From positions 123,630,001 to 123,694,000 of the forward strand of contig CM059432.1 of the NCBI GenBank assembly GCA_030390025.1: DNA of 64,000 bases, in the 5' to 3' direction. Shown in pieces: positions 1 through 11,254 of this stretch (position 1 is its first letter; every line of letters begins with the position of its first letter). Made by a program: the position numbers and the translations under genes. The DNA comes from Squalus acanthias. Its lineage: Eukaryota. The notes below the pieces were generated by a model. That model was not told the origin of the DNA and made no database searches. It was given only the letters and a program-made list of their open reading frames with translations.

Positions 1-149
1 ATGTATCAAATAAGTACGATAGAGTGCTGTAGTGTGAGCATTGGCTCCTTATACTGTTCGGGCCTGCATTGGAAATAGCATGGGCTACTTATCCTGATCT
101 TGCAGACAGTGGGAGAAACAACAAGCTGACAGGCTCGATGCTTGCCCCA

Positions 150-373
150 CTCACCGGGAACAAATTAATATAGGGGGGTCCTTCAACAGGTGTTAAGACC
201 CTCAATAACATATTTAAGGGGCCAAACACCTGTTTCAGGCACCTAACAAAATGGTCCCCAGTGGGACCAACTCCTGTACAGATTGGATGTCGGCCGTCCC
301 ACTGCTAAATTGGTATTTTTTGCACCCGTTTTACACTCGGAAAAATGGAGCAATGCATACCAATTTCTACCCC
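150..373. mobile_element. End fragment of an old Harbinger-type MITE
   Basis: Ends in CAATTTCTACCCC; its reverse complement aligns by eye with 29516-29740 (cctgaaacagg..ggccc..gagggt/ctaac). Left boundary approximate. Confidence 0.55.
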
Positions 374-497
374 ATTGAGTACTTGTTGAAATTCAGTATT
401 TATAACTATTTCTCCTTTCGGTTCTGTAGATCACATTTAGGTATAACAGCGATAAAAGTTAAAACTGCTCCCAATCACTACTGACCGCACATTTCTT

Positions 498-614
498 GGG
501 GCTGAAATTGGTCTTGGGTGGTAGTCAAGGGAAAGCAAAATCAGGCGGGTGTAAAACAGGCTGCTGATTCGCTATCGCTCATTTTGCTCTACAGCCCAGG
601 ACCCATTTAACTCC
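498..614. mobile_element. Short palindromic Harbinger-type MITE, internally deleted
   Basis: GGGGCTGAAATTGGTCTTGGG...CCCAGGACCCATTTAACTCC, flanked by CTT/CTT; same family as 16359 and 30801. Confidence 0.6.
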
Positions 615-2343
615 CTTAATCTTCAACTATCACGTAACCACGCCCCCTTAGTCAGGACACATGCTCATCATCATTTCGACGAGACCCCCGAAAGAGTAAG
701 TGAGCAGCAACTAATGGACCGCAAAGTAGGTCAGAAAGAAATCTCGCTGAAGAGATTAGAGAAACTAACTGAGACACCGACAAAAGCACCCTTGAATGGA
801 CTTACAATGACCTGTCAGGAAAATTAGAGCCAATCCAGGATAAGAACATGAACTTGTTCTGTGCAAAAATGCTTTTCTGCCTCATTGTTGTTTTTATATA
901 TACCCCTTGCAGATGAATTAAATGGAATTGAAATGATTGTAAACCATTCACATGGCTGTGATTTAATGAACTTATTAAACTTGGAAAAGCTGGAACATTA
1001 GATACCCTTGTAGAGTTACAAATCTTTGAGGCAAAAACAATTGCCAGAAGTGTTCACCATTTTTCTTTGTCCTTTTAAAGTGGTCTCCTTTCCATCTAAA
1101 GTCAATAAAAGGAAATGATTTGACTTTATATTCAATGGTTTGTAAGTAATGTATTGCTTCGAAGACTAACTAGCATGAATTCTGCTACCAATCAGCCATG
1201 AGTGTCAGTTTTCCCTAGTGAGTTTCCTGTTATTGCCTCAGGCTATGAATACCAACAGCACAGTGATAAGAATGTTAACTTCACAATTGAGAGGTCAGAG
1301 GTTCAAGTCCAACAAATCTGGTTGTCACTTTAAAAATCCTCACAGCGCATACTGGAAGATTATCAATTCTCAACTAGGCGACCAGGAGGAGCATTTCATG
1401 ACTTCTACATCGACTCCCAACAAATCTGGAGTGACACTGGCAATTGTTCTAGGTTATGCCACACCTTGAAGTGTACGTCAATATGGTGGGAACGATGGAG
1501 TTGGGAAAGGATAGGTAGTTAATAACAATGTTGTAAGTGAAAATGAGCTTCATAATTGTAGTCTCTTACTTACATGGTCTATTTAATGTGCAAATTAAAG
1601 AACCACAGTCGTTTTAATTCATTTCAACACCCCCTCCCCCATGGACATGTTTTAAAGTAAAAATGTAAAGGCCCTGTTAAACTGGGGCTTGTGGCAATAA
1701 CTGTGGTGTAAACAGGTAGCATCTGTGGACAGGCCATTCTATTTCCATAGAAAGTCCTTAGACATCTGTCACAATATTTCCCAAGGGGGCTTCTGAGAAC
1801 ATACTTTATTAGGAATGCATTTGTGGACCTGCAGTACTGTGTTAATTGCAGATTAACAGGGAGAGAAATGTAAGAGACCAGATCTGACCTCTGTTGGAGA
1901 AAGGTACTTAAGAAAGTGTCCAAGCACAGCAATTACTACGATACTCACTTCGTGCCATTCTTATCATGAGCTTGGAGCTATTGTGGTAGCTGAATTTGCT
2001 TCGAATTGAACTGTTCGAATTTGCTAATCGTTACTGCCCCTTAGGATCATAGGATGTCTCCTTACCTTCTGATTGGCTGGAATAGCTCAACAACGTACCA
2101 AAGGCTGCTTGCAGTATTAGGTAACTGGCTCTTCTAGTTGCTGTCTGGACATCTAAGCAGACATTACAACCCCGAAAATTATCGGCCCGCGCTAAACTAG
2201 AGTAAGAGTCAGGTAGTGTATCCCGGGTCGGCGGGGTCAACTGAAGCCATTTCCATGTTGCTTATACACATTATTACAGAAAAAAACCCAGCAGTGGGCA
2301 CATACCTTTTGTGTCTTGCTGAAGTAAGGACAAGGTAAACAAA

Positions 2344-2633
2344 GGGCAACACGGTGGCATAGTGGTTAGCACTGTTGCCTCACAGCGCCAGGTACCCAGG
2401 TTCGAATCCGGCCTCGGGTGACTGTCTGTGTGGAGTTTGCACATTCTCCCCGTGTCTGCGTGGGTTTCCTCCGGGTGCTCCGGTTTCCTCCCACAGTCCA
2501 AAGATGCGCGGGTTAGGTTGATTTGGCTATGATAAATTGACCCTTAGTGTTAGGGGGATTAAATACGTGGGGTTACGGGGATAGGGTGGGAAATGGCCTC
2601 TATCTGCATTGTGGGGATTCTGTGATTCTGTGA
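2344..2633 (+). mobile_element. HE1-like V-SINE (tRNA-derived)
   Basis: A box (TGGCATAGTGG) and B box (GGTTCGAATCC), V-domain tgtgtggagtttgcacattctccccgtgtctgcgtgggtttcctccgggtgctccggtttcctcccacagtccaaaga, and a (gattctgt)2 tail. Confidence 0.9.
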
Positions 2634-3582
2634 AAGGACAATAGAGAAGATCAAACCTGTCAATCTCACAGCATTGATGCTCAATTTGGCAAGACAACAA
2701 AGTTCATTATCGCTGTTCAAAGTAGACATAAAATAACATGACATTTTGGTATTTCATTTCTGTACATGCTTTTTCCTTGCAATAGTGCACTTTTCAAGCA
2801 GGCTATATCACACTGTGTCTAGCTGCATATGATATTGTACAACAGTTGCAAAAAAAATCAATGTTTCTTCCACTGACAACAACAATTTGGTTTTATATAG
2901 CGCTTTGACTGTAGAAAAAGGGCACAAGGCGCTTACTAAGTACAACTGACACCTTGCACCCTCTTCAGGGAACGCTCGAGAACCATGCATTCGGGCTGCC
3001 GGCAACTCAAGTTGCCTGGAGATTAGCAAGGGCGACCAGCTCTCCAACTTTCCCTCCCTCCCTGTGGGGAAGCACCTGGCATCCTCTTGGCACCTCTCTG
3101 CATTGGCACGGCTGAAACTGCAGACTGTGCAGCAAAGCGCAGCCAGAATGCCCATCCTAATATTCGATGGCGTAGTGAATCAGAATCGTTATCAGCGATA
3201 CATTTGAAAATATTGAGAGAAAAATATCCTGTAATTTGATATCGCTGACGACGGAACTATTAATGTTGCAATATTGTTGCCATAATAGATTAATATAATT
3301 TTTTAAGCTAACAGAAACAAGAGCGATGCTCTTGCTTCCCCTGCCTTCAATGAAGTCAGGCTGAGGGAACATTGGGCGAAATTCCCAACAGAAGCCTCTC
3401 GCCCCACCCCATCATTCTACATGTAGCAGCAGAAGAGATATGTTGGCTCACGATCCCTTTTGTCACTATATCTGCCCGCTAGATAGAGTTGAAGGAAGGC
3501 AGGCAGCACTGACTCTCACACTACCTGACTGTTGTGAGAAGTCACACAACACCAGGTTATAGTCCAACAGTTTTATTTGAAA

Positions 3583-3619
3583 TCACAAGCTTTCGGAGCG
3601 CTGCTCCTTCGTCAGGTGA
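3583..3619 (-). ncRNA. Minimal type I hammerhead ribozyme motif (intact)
   Basis: UCAC-CUGACGA-A-GGAGC-AGC-GCUCC-GAAA-GC-UU-GUGA: both core boxes, paired stems I and II, palindromic AAGCUU in place of stem III. Confidence 0.8.
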
Positions 3620-3637
3620 ACTGACCTGACCTGACCT

Positions 3638-3674
3638 TCACCTGACGAAGGCGCAGCGCTCCGAAAGCTTGTGA
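3638..3674 (+). ncRNA. Minimal type I hammerhead ribozyme motif (one stem II mismatch)
   Basis: UCAC-CUGACGA-A-GGCGC-AGC-GCUCC-GAAA-GC-UU-GUGA. Confidence 0.72.
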
Positions 3675-4224
3675 TTTCAAATAAAACTGTTGGACTATAA
3701 CCTGGTGTTGTGCGACTTCTCACATTTGTCCACCCCAGTCCAACACCGGCATCTCCACATCATACCTGACTGTTGACAAACTGCAGAGATCGGCTGATTT
3801 AGTTTGGGGTACGTGGCTGCAGTTTGTGAGTCTAACCAACTGCTGGACAGGACAGAGGGAGGCAGGATTAGGATTAGGAGTGCACCAAGGCAACTATTAA
3901 AGAAAATACTTTTTTTTAAACAGAAAAGCCTCTCAGGAGGGATTAGTGCATATTGGCCGTACGTTTCAAACAATGCCCCAAATAAAACGAAGCCTGCGTT
4001 CAACAGTGAATGAACAAGAGTGGACTCTGAAAAGAATAGCCCCATTCTGTCAAATGAAAGGTTGGCTGTAACAGAGAGTTGGTCTCCTCAGAGTTCAGAA
4101 TGAATAAACACCACTGTACAGTATTAGACAAACAAGGACATGCTTGGTAATCTGTGACTGGGGTCATGGAACATTTGCTTTCAACGCTCCATCACTGGTC
4201 ACCTATTTTTTTTTTTAAACGGTT

Positions 4225-4640
4225 CTATCCTCTCATCTATTTTTACTCTTCTCTTCTGAAAGCATGGCTCCTAACTGGGTTACAGTTCTGTGGGTGCCAG
4301 AGGCCCCCAAGTACCTCACCCAAGTGCCCATTATTCACACGGGAGTCTTGGCAGTGATTGTTATCAGGCTATTTGATTGTGGAAGGCATGACCCTCAAGC
4401 CCGAATCCTGTCCTTGCCTGACATTCACTCGCACACTACCAGCAGCAGTTGCTGGGTAGTGATCAGGAGTGCGAAGCCCGCTTGATGTTTCCACGCCCTC
4501 ACCCAGGGGCAGTGAGACCAATCATAGCACACCTACCACTGTCCCAGCTGAAGACAGCTAGCTCAGCACAGACTGGGTCTGAGGCTGGACCTTCTTGGTC
4601 TATTTGACTCATCTACTCACTGGATAAACTCAAGAAGCCT
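4225..4640 (-). mobile_element. Old SINE-like dispersed repeat (family not named)
   Basis: Shares blocks (ccattattca..tg/gagyctt, aatcctgtcc, acccagrggca.tgag.ccaat) with 26310-26950, 37790-38200 and 38485-39760. Confidence 0.55.
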
Positions 4641-4881
4641 CCCCCTACCCCAATAAAGAAAAAACAGTATAATATAAGTATCTTTTCTAACAATACATAT
4701 GATTAAATTCCATCAAACTGATTTGTATTATGAATAGAAATCAATCAAAATAAGGGACACTCAGTAGCACCTAGAGAAAGGAATTCAATCAAGAAAGTAA
4801 ATAGCAGTTGAGGCAATGTCAAAAACTTGTGTTAGTGAGTAGACTAACCTCAACATTGTGGTCATCACTGATGTACACCTC

Positions 4882-5741
4882 GGGCTGGATTTTACCAGCC
4901 CTGAGGAGGCGGGTCTAGAGGCAGGACTGCTGGGCAAATCCCCAAAAATGGGAGCGCATCCCAAACCCGCTCCCAACCCGCCTCCAACCCGGGAGGCAGG
5001 TCCCTGATTTGCACAGGGACCCGACTCCTAGCAGCGGGAAGAGGATTATAGCCACTTAACTGCCTGTTAACAGGTAGTTAACAGGCAGTTAAGAGGCTTT
5101 TTTCCAATTTTTCGACTGCTGCTGTGGGCTTCCCGACGTCGGGGAACCCCGCCAGGGTAAGTGAGGCGTGCTGTGGGTCTGCTGTTATGTTGGTGCTTGG
5201 AGGACAGCTGCAGAAGTGGTGTGAAGGATGCAATGGGACACTGGTTAGTATCAGGGGTAAGGAAATGTTGTGAAAGTAATTTTTAATGTGGTTAGATGTT
5301 TCTGCAGGTGACAAGCTGTGAAGTGTTTGTGTAGCCTCATCTCATTGGGAGAAGTGACAGATGGCGTCTGCAATCTCAGCTGCAGCTGCCATCTGTTTTA
5401 TCCTAAGGAGAGAGTAATTGGAGAGCCTTGGTGCATGGGCTCACCTTTGGACAGTGATTGTCAGTGTTTGACAGCACCTCAATGCTGTCAAACACTGTCA
5501 AATTGTCTGTCAAACAAGTGTGGTGCATATGCCTTTAAGAAAACCGACAGATGAAGTGTCATCAACTGACGTCATCTAATACCGGCTTTCCCTTAATTGG
5601 CCGGCAAGCCTGCAGGGAGGGCTTAACAAGGCCAATCGGGGCAAAATAGCGTCTGTTCGTCAGACATCGCTGGGGGCGGGACTGGAACCCGAAAGCCAGC
5701 AGTCCCGCCTCGAACTCGGCCTGGAAGGTAAGATTCCACCC
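4882..5741. mobile_element. Harbinger-type MITE
   Basis: GGGCTGGATTTTACC ... GGTAAGATTCCACCC with GC-rich subterminal motifs (cccgcc); followed by half of the short MITE family at 5742-5838. Confidence 0.6.
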
Positions 5742-6141
5742 TTAAAATCAATGGAAATAAAAATCGGGAGAGATGTAAAATAGGCTGCCGATTCGCTGTC
5801 ACCCATTTTACACTATCGCAGAAAATCAAAATGATCCCTTCCTGAAGTATGTTAAATGGTTACTTTGAATGGCCACAAGGCAGCAGGGTGCCCTTTACAT
5901 GCCCCCAGCTTTCACCAAGAAGTGTTCCTTCACTCACATCCTTACATACATCAGCACTCAAGAAGCCTCCCATGTCCCATAGCTGCCTGCTGCATGATGT
6001 GGCATCACACCGGTTATGGGCTGGATGCAGACCCTTGGGTATAACTGGATGCCATAGTAACAATTGCTATTTCTAATTAATGTAGTCTCTTTGAAGAAGA
6101 CAGCCCATAATAACAGACAGTGATAGCGACAGCCCACAAGC

Positions 6142-6189
6142 CTGCGGCCTCTCACCCCATATGAGGAAGAACCTCTAGAAATCCTGGGA
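6142..6189 (+). pseudogene. Tiny remnant of a Harbinger Myb/SANT-partner gene
   Basis: Translates LRPLTPYEEEPLEILG, resembling the LTPxEExxLxILG motif downstream of the Myb/SANT-like domain in Harbinger ORF2/NAIF1-like proteins. Confidence 0.35.
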
Positions 6190-6460
6190 GCCAGCTTTTT
6201 TTAGGATGCCGCCAGTGTTTAAACACTTGAAAAGGTTGTAGAAGGCTCAAAGTCTGCTGCCATTTTGGATGGCAACATTCTGATAGGCAGCAGGCAACAA
6301 AACTCGAATCATACTCCTATTATAGCGCTACTTCTTCTACATCTCACAGGGTGACAGTAACCCTTTAAAAATGCAATACTGTATATGTAATTCTGTTTAT
6401 AAAAGTGGAAATCAAAGAAAGGTGCTAACTAAAACCAGTATGCTCATTATTAAATCTAGT

Positions 6461-6640
6461 TACATAAGAACATAAGAATCAGGAGCAGGAGTAGGCCATA
6501 CGGCCCCTCGAGCCTGCTCCGCCATTCAATAAGATCATGGTTGAACTTCGACCTCAACTCCACTTGCTCGCTCAGTCCCCTTATCCCTTGATTCCCCTAG
6601 AGTCCAAAAATCTATCTATCTCAGCCTTGTATACACTCAA
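6461..6640 (-). mobile_element. CR1-clade LINE 3' end
   Basis: (acataaga)2 tail repeat followed by ggagcaggagtaggccat..gcccctcgagcctgctccgccattcaat; reverse complement of the 26540-26817 end. Confidence 0.85.
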
Positions 6641-8630
6641 CAAATTAAAACAATTGTATTCTATAACACACTGGCTGAAGGTCGTAGAGTTTGTCTGTAG
6701 CAGGTATTCATACAGTTTTAACACTTTCAGAAGCACAAACCTCTAAATAAGTTTAAACAAAATGTTCTTATATGTAGGCCTGAATGACATTTACGTAACC
6801 AATCAACACAAAGTATCTGCCGAACCAATAAGAATTATTAGTATCCAGACAGGATGGTGTTGGCTAAGGTCTGAGAAAGAATTGAAAATATCTGTTTATA
6901 ACCTTGCTTCCACAACAAGCTTCTTCCTATGCAGTTCTTAGGAAATGCCAGTGATTTTTCACCAGCATCCTTCTCATTTCAGATGCTTGTACCCAGATCT
7001 GCATCTCCTCCTTTCAGGACAATGCTTCAAACCACTGCGAGCACAGATTTTAACAACACTTTCCTCTCAGCAATTGCCTGCAAATTGAAGCCTTGCACAT
7101 GTCACAAGTCATTGACCTGCATGGCAAAACACGGCCCCAAAGTCGCTATGAGCTAGGTAAACAAGCATGGGTAAGGTTCCGTCGAGCATCATAGCACAGT
7201 TCACACAAATCTTTCTAACAGATTGGAAACACATTCATCAAGCTGCAGCTCCACAGTTATCAGAAAAATAGGGACAAGCTAATGAAGCTTTTTGGGAAAG
7301 CACACACTTCCTAGTACGATCCATCATGAAGAATATTTCGAACACAATGCTATTCAAGCTCTGTCTGTGGTGGTCAAATTTCGAACTGCCCAGTTATTAG
7401 TTATACCACCAACCTGCGCTCTGGCCAGCAATCGTGGGAGCGAAGGGCAGAGGTAACTGGTATGAGAGTGCAGGCGGCCTTCATGAAATCGAGTCTATTC
7501 TAGGAACTTGACTATTTTCATATAGATGGATCTGGGAAAGACTCTTTGTAAAAATAAACGGTTAGGCTTCTTTAAACTGCAACCTCTGATCAACCCTTAA
7601 TACACCTTTAGATGCCTGTTAGTGCTACAAGTTCCTGTAGCCGCTGTACTCAAAATCTATGAACCGTCGCCCCTCTACTGCAATGCTCCGATACAACACA
7701 CAAGTGCTTCTAGCTGTCCTGCTGCACTCACATTCACATACAATAGTCCTTCGACTGTGACACTCTGTTACAACACATCGCTTATGGTTTTTGCGCCGAT
7801 AAAACACGGTAGCTCGATGCGACACATTTTGTACGGCAGCATATAACTAGGTCCACTGAACAACATCTGATGGAAGCAAAGTGCTGAAAAGAAAAAGCAT
7901 AAAAGCGCAAATCCTAGGCGCGGCACCATTAGTTAAAATCATTCCTGCATGTTTAGTTATAAACAACTTTGTCGTCAGTTCCAATTTATTGCAGATACGA
8001 CGTGATTTCACAGTGCAAGCATTATCCGATAGCAGGAGAGGAGTTGTGTGACAAAATGTGATCAAAATTAATAATCAATAATCCGGTTCAATTTTAAAAA
8101 ATGCAACAATATATTAATACTAAGTAAGGAGGTTGAATCACAGCTGCCCTTCTGTCGAAACAGCCATCACACTGCCTGCAAACTGGTACAATCCTAAAGC
8201 ACAACTGGCGTGGAATTTCCATGGGTTAAAAAAAATCTGTACATTTAGTGTCATCTTTAACTTTGCTTTTCTATACAGCACCTCAAGTCTAAGAACATCA
8301 TTTCTGGACCGGACAATCCATATCACAATTCCCCAGCTTCAGAAACTCCGCACTATCAGTGGGAAACGCACTGGCACTGTGTATAACAGATGAGAAATCA
8401 CACTGATAAAAGCAAAGTTCTATTTGACCAGCTGTTTTTGAACTGAACACAACCTTATAGTTCATTTTTATTAATTTACAGTTTTAGTTACAGTTTCTCT
8501 CACTGTTCTGTTAGAAGCCCATCCTGTCTAGATGCACGCCCAGCTTGACTGTATCCCTGGTACCAATTAAGATTTGGTTTATCCAGCTGTTAACAAGCAC
8601 ATTTCACGCTGTCATTGAATTTCTACTCAC

Positions 8631-8696
8631 CCCCAGCTTTCTGCTGCGGATTTTCACATATCCCTGCTTCACTATATCATTAAAATTTGAAGCCAT
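8631..8696 (-). CDS. DOK6: First coding exon of a DOK4/5/6-subfamily docking protein (start of PH domain), [22 protein letters not shown]
   Basis: Minus strand reads gccATGGCTTCAAATTTTAATGATATAGTGAAGCAGGGATATGTGAAAATCCGCAGCAGAAAGCTGGGG|GTGAGT: strong Kozak context, 22 codons and a phase-0 canonical donor. The peptide matches the human DOK6 N-terminus as I recall it (DOK5 has YVRIRSRRLG, DOK4 has MATNFSD..KMKSRKLG). Family call is firm; the paralog is less certain. I found no next exon in 1-8630. Confidence 0.88.
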
Positions 8697-8993
8697 GGCT
8701 GGTGTCGGTTTTCCACTGCTAAGCAAGTCCCTTTCAGCTGGCAGCTCTTTTTCCGAGCGGCTCCACGTTTCAGCCCTGGTGTGTATGCTAAAGCTTCTCC
8801 TTCTCTTGTCTGTTCAGCCAGCACCAAGGCTCATTCCATCTAAACGGGGAGATGGAGCGTGTCACCTGATTTATTCAGCAGAACTCTGCTTCCTGGATCA
8901 CACCATCCCCAGCTGTCAAAGGGGGTTTGCTTAAGAACCCTCTGTGCTTACCTAAATGTACCAAACTGGTATAAATGCTGGACTGTGCACAGA
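8697..8993 (-). other. Putative 5' UTR part of the DOK exon, preceded by a splice acceptor
   Basis: Minus strand ttcattttctctcccttttattcgccag|tctgtg: long pyrimidine tract plus CAG (8994-8996), about 300 nt upstream of the ATG. Confidence 0.5.
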
Positions 8994-9418
8994 CTGGCGA
9001 ATAAAAGGGAGAGAAAATGAACACTTGAATCTCAACTTTTGCAAGAAACAGTGTATGATTTTACACTGGCTGTTTCTGTTAAAAATTGTTACCAAAAATA
9101 TGTGCTGTATTCCTCAATATAGGATTTAGACAGCACTACAGATCTGATATATGCTGCATTATTTATTACTGGTTCCAAGCTCACCATAAAAGCCAGTGTG
9201 CTTTTAGTAAAATTTAATCCAAAATGAACTGTAGCAGCAGTGCTGCTTTCAGTGACTCATAATGTACCATCCACTATTTAAAAGCCGCATTTTAAATTGT
9301 CATTTTCTGTATACCAGGAAACCTTAAAAAATGATTTCAAAGGTTTTTTTTAAAACAATGATCAAGTATAAAACTATAAAGCACAAACAATTAAACAGTA
9401 AAACTCTCCACCGAACGC

Positions 9419-10116
9419 AAGAAAGGCTTGCATTTATATAGCGCCTTTCACGACCTCAGGATGTCCCAAAGCGCTTTACAGCCAGTGAAGTACTTTTGAT
9501 GTGCGGTCACTGTTGTAATGTAGGTAATGCGGCAGCCAATTTATGCACAGCAAGATCCCACAAACAGCAATGTGGCAGCTGTGGTTCGGTGGGTAGCACC
9601 CTTGCCTCTGATGCCAGAAGGTTGTGGGTTCAAGCCCCACTCCAGAGACCTGAACACAAAAATTCTAGGCTGACACTCCAGTGCAGGGCTGAGGGGTTGC
9701 TGCACTGTTGGAGGTGCCTGTCTTTCAGATGAGATGTTAAATCTGCCCTCTCAGGTGGACGTAAAAGATCCCACGGCACTATTTTGAAGAAGAGCAGGGG
9801 AGTTATCCCTGGTGTCCTGGCCAATATTTATCCCTCAACCAACGTCACTAAAAATCAGATTATCTGGTCACTATCACATTGCTGTTTGTGGGAGCTTGCT
9901 GTGTGCAAATTGGCTGCTGCGTTTCCTACATTACAACAGAGACTCCACTTCAAAAAGTACTTCATTGGCTGTAAAGCGCTTTGGGACGTCGGTGGGTGTG
10001 AAAGGCGCTATATAATGCAAGTCTTTCTTTCTTTCAATGTGGTAATGGCCAGATAATCTGTTTTAGCGATGTTGGTTGAGGGATAAATGTTGGCCAGGAG
10101 AACGCCCCTGCTCTTC
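9419..10116 (-). mobile_element. Deu-domain SINE (SacSINE1-like), 5'-truncated, split by a younger copy
   Basis: 3' tail at 9419-9575 resumes at 10035-10116 (ccagataatctg..ggttgagggataaat.ttggccagga). Confidence 0.8.
9576..10034 (+). mobile_element. Full-length Deu-domain SINE (SacSINE1-like)
   Basis: tRNA-like head (GGTTCAAGCCC B box), Deu core (caggtggacgtaaaagatccca.ggcactatt..gaagaagagcagggg), L2-like tail ending (CTTT)3; 8-bp TSD CAATGTGG. Confidence 0.88.
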
Positions 10117-10934
10117 ACTGGGTTTTTTTCCACTGCTAAAACAGTTCTCATTTAATTTATTTGTTAATAATCAATATATTGGAAAATAAGCCGAGCAACA
10201 TTGGAACATCCAAGCAACAAGAAAAACAAAATTCTTTTGTCTAAGGTGCCAAGGATAGCAAATGTGTACTACAGATTATTCTATGTACTCTGCTATAGTG
10301 AGGTGTTAGCTGGAGCCCTATCTCCACATCTCTTTGATTAGTTAATAGTTTCATAAAACTGCACATGACTATCTCCATAGTGACGGCTGAAGAGGCCTAT
10401 TTTTCACTAATTACTGGCTCCACTGTTATAAAACATCTTACTTTAATATTCAATGCAGCAAGTAATTTCCAGTAATAATTCTTTTGAACAGAACATCTGA
10501 TACCTGCGTGTGGTAAGGGAGGGCTAGTTAATGGAAAGAAGCACGTAGAGACCACAACGTAATTTAAGAATCCCACCAGGGTCCTTACGCTCAAGTGAAA
10601 TATCAGCACAATACAGGTGACTTGGTAACAGCAGCACCTCAACGTACAGAATGTTGCAACTTTAGCCATGTGAGGTAAATCCTTTCTATCACTAGAGATA
10701 CGAAGAATGCAAAAAAGGACAAGGTGAGGTCCACTAAGACTGTAATAGTGCTATTTTAATCCACTCATACTTAATTTTCCAGAGGTCTGGAATGGGGGCA
10801 CTATTTTTATATCTCTCTGATCTGCCAACTGATGCCATTTTATAAATGACACATTACGCAAAATATATTAAATAAAAAGAGAAAATGCTGGAAATACTCA
10901 ACAGGTCAGGCAGCATCTGTGGAGAGAGAAACAG

Positions 10935-10971
10935 AGTTAACGTTTCAGGTCGATGACCCTTCGTCAGAACT
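10935..10971 (-). ncRNA. Minimal hammerhead ribozyme motif in the Penelope 3' pLTR
   Basis: AGUU-CUGACGA-A-GGGUC-AUC-GACCU-GAAA-CG-UU-AACU, with palindromic AACGUU. Confidence 0.82.
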
Positions 10972-11254
10972 GGAAAAAGCTGGAGATGGAACAGGTTTTT
11001 AAGCAAGTGCAGGGGCAGGGAAAGGGGGGAGGGGAGGAAAGAACAAAAGGGAATCTGTGATAGGATGGAAGGCAGGAGAGATTAAGAGACAAAAGGGATG
11101 ATGGTGCAAGGCAAAAGGAGATGGTAATGGGACAAGTGCAGAAAAAAAAATGACTCCAGATGAAGTGTAAATGGCACTGGTTGAACGATCGACAGTTGCC
11201 ATGTGGGAGAGAGAAAAAAAATGAAAAAAAAGATAGGGGCAGAGGTTATGGTCT

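Larger units (their letters stand above)
3535..3762. mobile_element. Non-autonomous Penelope-derived palindromic element (inverted pseudo-LTRs plus 3' tail)
   Basis: About 88-bp inverted arms with 2 mismatches, a (CTGAC)3C loop and a 38-nt tail; 13-bp TSD TACCTGACTGTTG at 3522-3534 and 3763-3775. Confidence 0.85.
3374..4043. mobile_element. Old Harbinger-type MITE interrupted by the Penelope hairpin element
   Basis: Degenerate TIRs GGGCGAAATTC / GAATAGCCC with ATT on both flanks. Confidence 0.45.

Noticed and set aside
2344..2420. tRNA genes here and at 9576 and 37008
   Set aside because: tRNA-like heads run directly into SINE cores; no complete cloverleaf.
3533..3724. pre-miRNA or intrinsic terminator
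   Set aside because: The TSD, tail and hammerhead motifs point to a Penelope-derived insertion; small-RNA production cannot be judged from sequence.
6983..7156. Possible plus-strand exon (ttctcatttcag|ATG...TAG|gtaaac)
   Set aside because: No recognisable protein, stops in the other frames, and it is antisense within the presumed DOK intron.
8545..8934. 129-aa plus-strand ORF
   Set aside because: Antisense shadow of the DOK exon with a non-ATG start and no recognisable homology.
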